Shown: positions 58,872-64,000 of the stretch, piece after piece
Position numbering within the stretch: position 1 is the stretch's first letter
How the letters are laid out: every line of letters starts with the position of its first letter
Notes under the pieces: generated by a model
The model's input: only the letters and a program-made list of their open reading frames with translations
Told to the model about the DNA's origin: nothing
Databases searched by the model: none
Position numbers and translations under genes: made by a program
Source: a virus
Reading direction: 5' to 3' (one strand)
Length of the DNA: 64,000 nucleotides
IMG/VR virus record: IMGVR_UViG_3300006871_000008
Location: 26,845-90,844 of that record

Positions 58872-58900
58872 ATCCTACAGCGCATAGTCCAGTCTGTCAA
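58872..58900 (-). promoter_or_regulatory. Sigma70-type promoter, leaderless
   Basis: TTGACA-17-TAGGAT-6 nt-ATG(58865). Confidence 0.75.
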
Positions 58901-60339
58901 GGTCTGCTCGGAATTTTGCCGCCTCTTTCAGCCAGTTGGACATGATGCCGCTACACACGTCGAGCGAGATTTCCCTGGCTTCGCGTATGCCGCCCGTCTT
59001 GGATAGCTCGATTGAGCGGATTGGCATGGCCCCGCCCAGGAAAATGTACAGCGTCGGGTAGCCGAGCGGCCAGCCGAGCCAACTGTAGGTTTCTTCGTCG
59101 AAGCGGCAGGAGAACGGGCCGATTTTCCATTCTTTGTTCATTGGTAGGTTTCCAGATAGAAGTCGCCTTGCAGAACGGTGCTGACCCATCGGGCTGTCGG
59201 GGCGTTGGCCCGTAGCCAGTTGCCGATAGCCATGCCCGCGAATTGGGTGTCTCGGTGGTACAGGAATGTCATGTTAGTCTCCGAAGGGCCGGGCAATCCC
59301 GCCAGCCGCGAACCACCTTCCGGTCGGGCTGCAAGTAAAGTGCCCCGTTCCAAATCATAAGCCAGAGTGTGTCGCGGAACAGGGTTTCATTGACTTGCCG
59401 CACCTTGGGCCGCAACTCGTCCGGCGAGTGTGGCGTCTCGGCGGCGTTGAAGATTTCTTGTTCCAGGCTCATACTTGCCTCAGCAATTCGTCGGGCACGC
59501 GGCCCTTCTCGATTGGTCGCCAGCGGTAGCTCGGCGTCCCGTTGCTGTCCGGCCACCAGCCAAACATCAGCACGGACCAGTTGCCTTTGGAATCGACCCG
59601 CCAGTGCTGCGGGCCGAGTTGGAATGTTCTCTCGACTAGGACCGGGGCCATATCGAAGTCTCCGGTTTCTTTAGGGTATTGAGGCGGAAGTCCGACAGCT
59701 TGGGATTAGTCTTGACCAGCGTGACCCGCAGGTGTTCTCGCTTGTAGCGGCCTATCGCCGCGAGGCCGTCCGCAAATTGGTTTGCCAGAATTTCGTCGGT
59801 GAACACGCCGCCCTCGATTTGGTAGTGGCAGCATTCACCGTCATTGATGATTACAAACTGAGGCAGTGACGACTCGAAGTGTGAGGGGTTCAAGTCTTTG
59901 ATGGCGACTTGCACGGTGTCGCCGCTGCCAAGGTAACGGCAGGGCACGGTGGCGTCGGGGTTCCGGCGTCGGGCGGCTACGAAGTTCTCGTAGTCGTCTC
60001 GTTCCTCGATTCGGTTATGACAGCTTATCAGTATCGGTTTCATAGACTGCCCCGGCAACGCGGTAATCATATCGTGGTTGTTGGAAATTTCCGATTTCAG
60101 GATTGAGCCTTTAGCCGCCGCATTTGGCTGCGGGATTTCGGTTTTGACCCCACCGGGGCCACCCGCTCGACGGCCACGACTTCGAGTTGGACCACGACCA
60201 TATTCGGCTCCGCGAATTGGTGTGCTTCAATCTCGGCGTCAATCTCCGCTTGGTGCAAGCGACCAAGACGTAGGCGTGTGGGGTCGCCTTGTTCGTAGTA
60301 GCCGCCAGCGTACATCGTGTTGTTGTCTTGAATGTTCAT
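58875..60339 (-). CDS. Cluster of about six small hypothetical early ORFs
   Basis: Contiguous overlapping ORFs starting at ATG 60339. Confidence 0.55.
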
Positions 60340-60345
60340 ACCCTC

Positions 60346-60374
60346 AGCATACCACACCCCAACACTCTTGTCAA
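60346..60374 (-). promoter_or_regulatory. Sigma70-type promoter, leaderless
   Basis: TTGACA-17-(TGg)TATGCT-6 nt-ATG(60339). Confidence 0.8.
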
Positions 60375-60639
60375 CAAACAAAATGCGTAGAAGGCACAAG
60401 AAAGACTCAGAATCACCCACTCCCGCGTCGAGGGATGTAGGAGTGTTGGAGTCAGATACGAAAGAGCAGCAGGGTTTCCTACAACCCCCACAGACCTTGT
60501 TGCTGAATTTAGACCCACCACCCTCTTACCTACTTCATTCGGCAAATTCGGAATCAACAAATCAACTAACATAGAACATATGAATGTACGTACTCATTCA
60601 ATCATCACTCATCATTCATTCGTTACAACATGCACTACC

Positions 60640-61070
60640 TATTGTGCTAGTGGTATCGAATGTCGTGGTCATGGCATGGGCTAGTAGTACCAGCACAATC
60701 ACTACAACCACACTCCCACACCCCTACCTACAGTCACTACCACTGCTACTATCATGGTAATCAGGAGTGTAGGGGTGTACGCTATGACCACGACAGTCCA
60801 TACCCCCATTACAGGTGGTCATAACGATGGTATCGAGTGTCGTGGTCATAGCGTACAAGCCCCTTATACCCTCTATGCCGATAGTCGGGGTTGTAAGTAT
60901 TGTAGTATCTAGGAGTTATGGCATGAATATAGCGATTTTGCTGGATTTTTGGGCGTTTTCGATTTTCTCGTTTTTGGAGAGTAGCGGGCGAGGGGCGAGG
61001 TGCTACAGCCCCTACACTCAGGACGCAAGGTATTGGTAGTACAATACTTACAACATGGTTATACCTAGAA
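60640..61070. repeat. Non-coding region rich in inverted and direct repeats
   Basis: Perfect 20-bp IR 60776-60795/60838-60857; 15-bp IR 60890-60904/61040-61054; repeated TGTCGTGGTCAT. Confidence 0.85.
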
Positions 61071-61276
61071 AGAGGGGTGTCGGGATTGTGAGTTAGTCTC
61101 CGAAATGGCAATCACTAACTATTTTACCACCTATCCGGGTGGTATCGAGAATCGGATATTTTCTACGGATTTCGCTTAACACTCTTTCAGGGGGTATGCA
61201 GTTAGTGATTGTGAAACCGACTAATTCGGCGTAAAGGATTGTAGGGGCAGAACATACGGCAAAAATCGGACAATCG

Positions 61277-61390
61277 AGTTAGTTAGTCACCCCCTCAAAA
61301 ATCATCTCTATATTAGAGAGAAAATATCCCTAAAATTCAATACTCTCTATAAGGCTGATTTTTTGAGACTAACTAACTAACTCGCTAACT
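61277..61390. other. Second origin-like element (copy B)
   Basis: Aligns to the reverse complement of 14683-14781; first 18 nt identical. Confidence 0.65.
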
Positions 61391-61631
61391 CCGTCGCGTT
61401 GACGACAAATCCTACAATCCCTACCCTTCGCCAGCATCCCGCCACGCTACAATTGGAACATGCCCATAAACGCAATAGCCGGGCCGCTACAGCGTTCGAG
61501 CGGCAAATTGGTATTCTGACACCCCTAGACTCTTGGCCCGCTGTAGCGGCCCTCTGCGGCCCCTACGATTGAAACGATTATCGTGGTCGTAGAGGCGGGA
61601 GTGTCGAGCCGGCATAACCGGCTCGACCACG

Positions 61632-61910
61632 CTAGTCGCTCAGGGCCGCAAAAATCTTCGCACCGGCAAGAGCCGCATCCCTGATAGACTTGGCAGCCAG
61701 TGCGCAGAACGTGCGGTCGATACTCGCGCCAATGTAGGCAACACCGATACAACCGGCACAATAGGCGTCCGCGCTGGCCCGCTCGGTATAACCGTTAGCA
61801 ACGGCCCAAGCTGCAAACGCCGCAGGCCCGTCATTGCCGACAAACTCGACAATCTCAGCACCAGCGATAGAACGCCCATAGTTGGAAAACTTGGCATAAA
61901 CGAAGTGCAT
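61632..61910 (-). CDS. Hypothetical protein
   Basis: ORF with AGGGGT upstream. Confidence 0.55.
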   Translation of the reverse strand: MHFVYAKFSNYGRSIAGAEIVEFVGNDGPAAFAAWAVANGYTERASADAYCAGCIGVAYIGASIDRTFCALAAKSIRDAALAGAKIFAALSD

Positions 61911-61920
61911 GGTATAACCC

Positions 61921-62109
61921 CTACGAACCGGAGAAGTTGAGATTTAACGGTGAAATCGGATTTGCGGGCGACATATACCACGCCGCAGCACCGTTGTCAT
62001 CGTTAGAATCGGAAGGCTTGGAATGTTCGATCATGCCGGTCATAACCCCTACGACCAACACAATCACCAGAATTATCGGCAACGCCACAATTAGAAAGTC
62101 CCATTTCAT
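61921..62109 (-). CDS. Small membrane-anchored protein with WYxxPxNPxSPL motif
   Basis: TM plus motif shared with 58659-58865. Confidence 0.7.
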   Translation of the reverse strand: MKWDFLIVALPIILVIVLVVGVMTGMIEHSKPSDSNDDNGAAAWYMSPANPISPLNLNFSGS

Positions 62110-62111
62110 CG

Positions 62112-62306
62112 TTATTTCCCCTTTGACCCGCACGCCCGGAGGAATCGGTCACGGTCGAATTGACCGTTAAGACCGGCAAAAACGTCAGCCAGTGCGGCAG
62201 CCGTTGCATCGAGAATATCCCGCTGCGCCATCCCTTCCGCACCATGCGTCGTTTTCATTTGATCCGCGATTACCGCTGCAATCGCAATAAAGTGTTTCTT
62301 CGTCAC
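62112..62306 (-). CDS. Conserved small phage protein
   Basis: MTKKHFIAIA...NGQFDRDRFLRAC; AGGAG SD. Confidence 0.75.
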   Translation of the reverse strand: MTKKHFIAIAAVIADQMKTTHGAEGMAQRDILDATAAALADVFAGLNGQFDRDRFLRACGSKGK

Positions 62307-62317
62307 AGTCGATTCTC

Positions 62318-62557
62318 CTATTTGTGTTGCTCAGCAAGCCAAGCGGCGTAGGCAATTCGATACTGTCGATTCGACCACCATTCCCCGATTAAGCCGGATA
62401 TTAGCCACCCGAACGCAACGGGAATCAGAATTGGCAGCAAAATCGCCAGAATCGCCAACGCCGCGAACATCCCTACAGTCAAAATGATCCCGATAAACAG
62501 GCATTTCAACCATTCCGGCAATTCAAGATTCTTAAACATAATCGTTACTTTCCGCAC
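62318..62557 (-). CDS. Small membrane protein
   Basis: Long hydrophobic hairpin. Confidence 0.6.
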   Translation of the reverse strand: MRKVTIMFKNLELPEWLKCLFIGIILTVGMFAALAILAILLPILIPVAFGWLISGLIGEWWSNRQYRIAYAAWLAEQHK

Positions 62558-62928
62558 AACCCGGCATTATCGCCACGGGCGGCATAAGTGGAATCGGCCA
62601 AACCAGCCGCACGCGCGGCCTCAATCATTTCAACCGTTACAGCCCCTACAAAATAACTCAGCGCGCCCCATAGGGCGACGTGCGCGACTTTGTAGGCATA
62701 ACCGGCATCTTCGGCAGTCTCGAACGAACCGAGCGTAACCCGTACAAACCCACCAGACAGCGCATCGCAATAGGCTATGCGTGCGCGGTATTTTCGGCCC
62801 GGACGGTCAACGCCCTCAAATCCGGTCGTATTCGGATTTGGCGGCACAACCGGATGCGTCCCATCTTTCGCGCGAGCCGCACCCATCCGCTTAACCACGT
62901 CAACCGCTATATTCGTTAGAGTCGTCAT
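62545..62928 (-). CDS. Stand-alone AP2-domain DNA-binding protein
   Basis: NTTGFEGV..KYRARI..LGSFETAEDAGYAY..LWG; no HNH domain. Confidence 0.85.
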   Translation of the reverse strand: MTTLTNIAVDVVKRMGAARAKDGTHPVVPPNPNTTGFEGVDRPGRKYRARIAYCDALSGGFVRVTLGSFETAEDAGYAYKVAHVALWGALSYFVGAVTVEMIEAARAAGLADSTYAARGDNAGLCGK

Positions 62929-63080
62929 TGTTTCGTCCTTTGCGGGTTGTACCGTTTGTCGTGGTTATGCCGGGCAATTCGGGTTCAACGCGAGAATCCC
63001 TAGAATCGGCCCAACCACCACGAATCCGATAATCAGTAAAGTCGCCATTTTGTTTTCTCCGCCATTCCCGCCAACAATCA

Positions 63081-63108
63081 ATACTAACACGCAAGCGGCG
63101 GGAGTCAA
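63081..63108 (-). promoter_or_regulatory. Sigma70-type promoter
   Basis: TTGACT-16-(TGt)TAGTAT. Confidence 0.65.
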
Positions 63109-63140
63109 GCGGCGGGAAATTTTGCGGGTTCCCGCAATTT

Positions 63141-63302
63141 GCATCGACTCGCATCGACTCGCATCGACTCGCATCGACTCGCGCGGCCGCTGGCCGCTGG
63201 CCGCTGGCCGCTGGCCGCTGGCCGCTGGCCGCTGGCCGCTGGCCGCTGGCCGCTGGCCGCTGGCCGCTGGCCGCTGGCCGCTGGCCGCTGGCCGCTGGCC
63301 GC
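63141..63302. repeat. Compound tandem repeat (GCATCGACTC)x4 plus (GGCCGCT)x16.9
   Basis: Directly visible perfect repeats. Confidence 0.97.
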
Positions 63303-63441
63303 GCGGCCAAAATCCCCGACCACGTTGGTCGATATAACCCCTACAACCATATAGACTTAGAATATCGACTGTCGTGGTCATGCCGGTTGGCGCGGAAGGG
63401 GCCGCACAATCCGTGCGGCCCCTAGAACCACGACAGTCGGA

Positions 63442-63747
63442 CTATTCGGCCTTGGGCTTGCAGAACGGATTTTCGATGTATTGCGGATTGCTGAACTGAA
63501 TGTCACCACCGATACCACCGGCAGAACCGCCAAATCCGCCAGCACCGGGAATCGGCCCGTACAATCGTTGCGACCGTAACGCCGCCTGCGCGGCGTAATA
63601 ATCGTACCAACCGTAAGGGCGGGATTGTTGCTGAAAACCGGAATTGTTGGTACGACCGACACGAATCCTATAACTGGCCGTAGGCCCGGCAGCCGACGCA
63701 ACCGACGCAACCGACACAAGCAGCAGACTCAGAACAAAGCGTTTCAT
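63442..63747 (-). CDS. Small secreted Gly/Tyr-rich protein
   Basis: Signal peptide MKRFVLSLLLVSVASVASA. Confidence 0.7.
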   Translation of the reverse strand: MKRFVLSLLLVSVASVASAAGPTASYRIRVGRTNNSGFQQQSRPYGWYDYYAAQAALRSQRLYGPIPGAGGFGGSAGGIGGDIQFSNPQYIENPFCKPKAE

Positions 63748-64000
63748 CGAACGAACCCTCACAAAAGGAAGAAGTGGACTAATCCCATAAAATCGCACAA
63801 CCGGCAGAGGCGGCAAAAGCCGCAAGTGTTCCCGTATCGACAAGACCCATGCCCGCCATAAAGACGGCAAAGGTGGCAAGACCGGCACAGACGTAATGAA
63901 AGTCACGCATGACATAACCCCTATTCAGATTGAAACCCGCACGCCACGCAAATACTGCTCAATCAGGGCAGCTATCGTGCGCGGCAATTGTTGCATTTTG

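Noticed and set aside
60640-60860. Mini-CRISPR based on TGTCGTGGTCAT
   Set aside because: Copies are irregularly spaced and in mixed orientation
63141-63302. CRISPR array, or coding repeat ORFs (WPLAAGR, RPAASGQ)
   Set aside because: No spacers and units are only 7-10 nt; the ORFs exist because the repeat lacks stop codons
1-64000. Stop-codon reassignment
   Set aside because: Long genes are intact in code 11; TAG, TGA and TAA all end genes; no suppressor tRNA

Overview
A 64 kb section of a tailed dsDNA phage genome with long-tail, siphovirus-like architecture. Nearly all genes are on the minus strand, except a plus-strand block at 14.9-20.1 kb. Left to right the window holds five modules. 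(1) Replication/transcription: ATP-dependent ligase running off the left edge, sigma factor, VRR-NUC, family A polymerase, two ParB-like proteins, metallophosphoesterase, SNF2 helicase, ThyX-like protein and tRNA-Ile. (2) An iteron-like AT-rich element, then primase-helicase, dNMP kinase, Nudix and DEDDh exonuclease. (3) Morphogenesis: ClpP, tail tip, three paralogous fibres, tape measure, two tail-tube paralogues, P22-like capsid, scaffold, head fibres, portal and GpA-type TerL. (4) An insert between TerL and the probable TerS, with a papain-like protease, an exported thioredoxin, holin-like genes, two tRNAs and a pseudoknotted ncRNA candidate. (5) Small early genes and a repeat-rich non-coding region. 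The most notable observations are: no recognisable peptidoglycan hydrolase but a protease plus thioredoxin pair (possible lysis system for a disulfide-linked protein wall); a shared PVLALY leader on capsid and scaffold; nine sigma70-type promoters placed for leaderless mRNAs; two homologous origin-like elements 46.6 kb apart; and a modular head-fibre family. All function calls come from motif recognition by eye; no searches were run.
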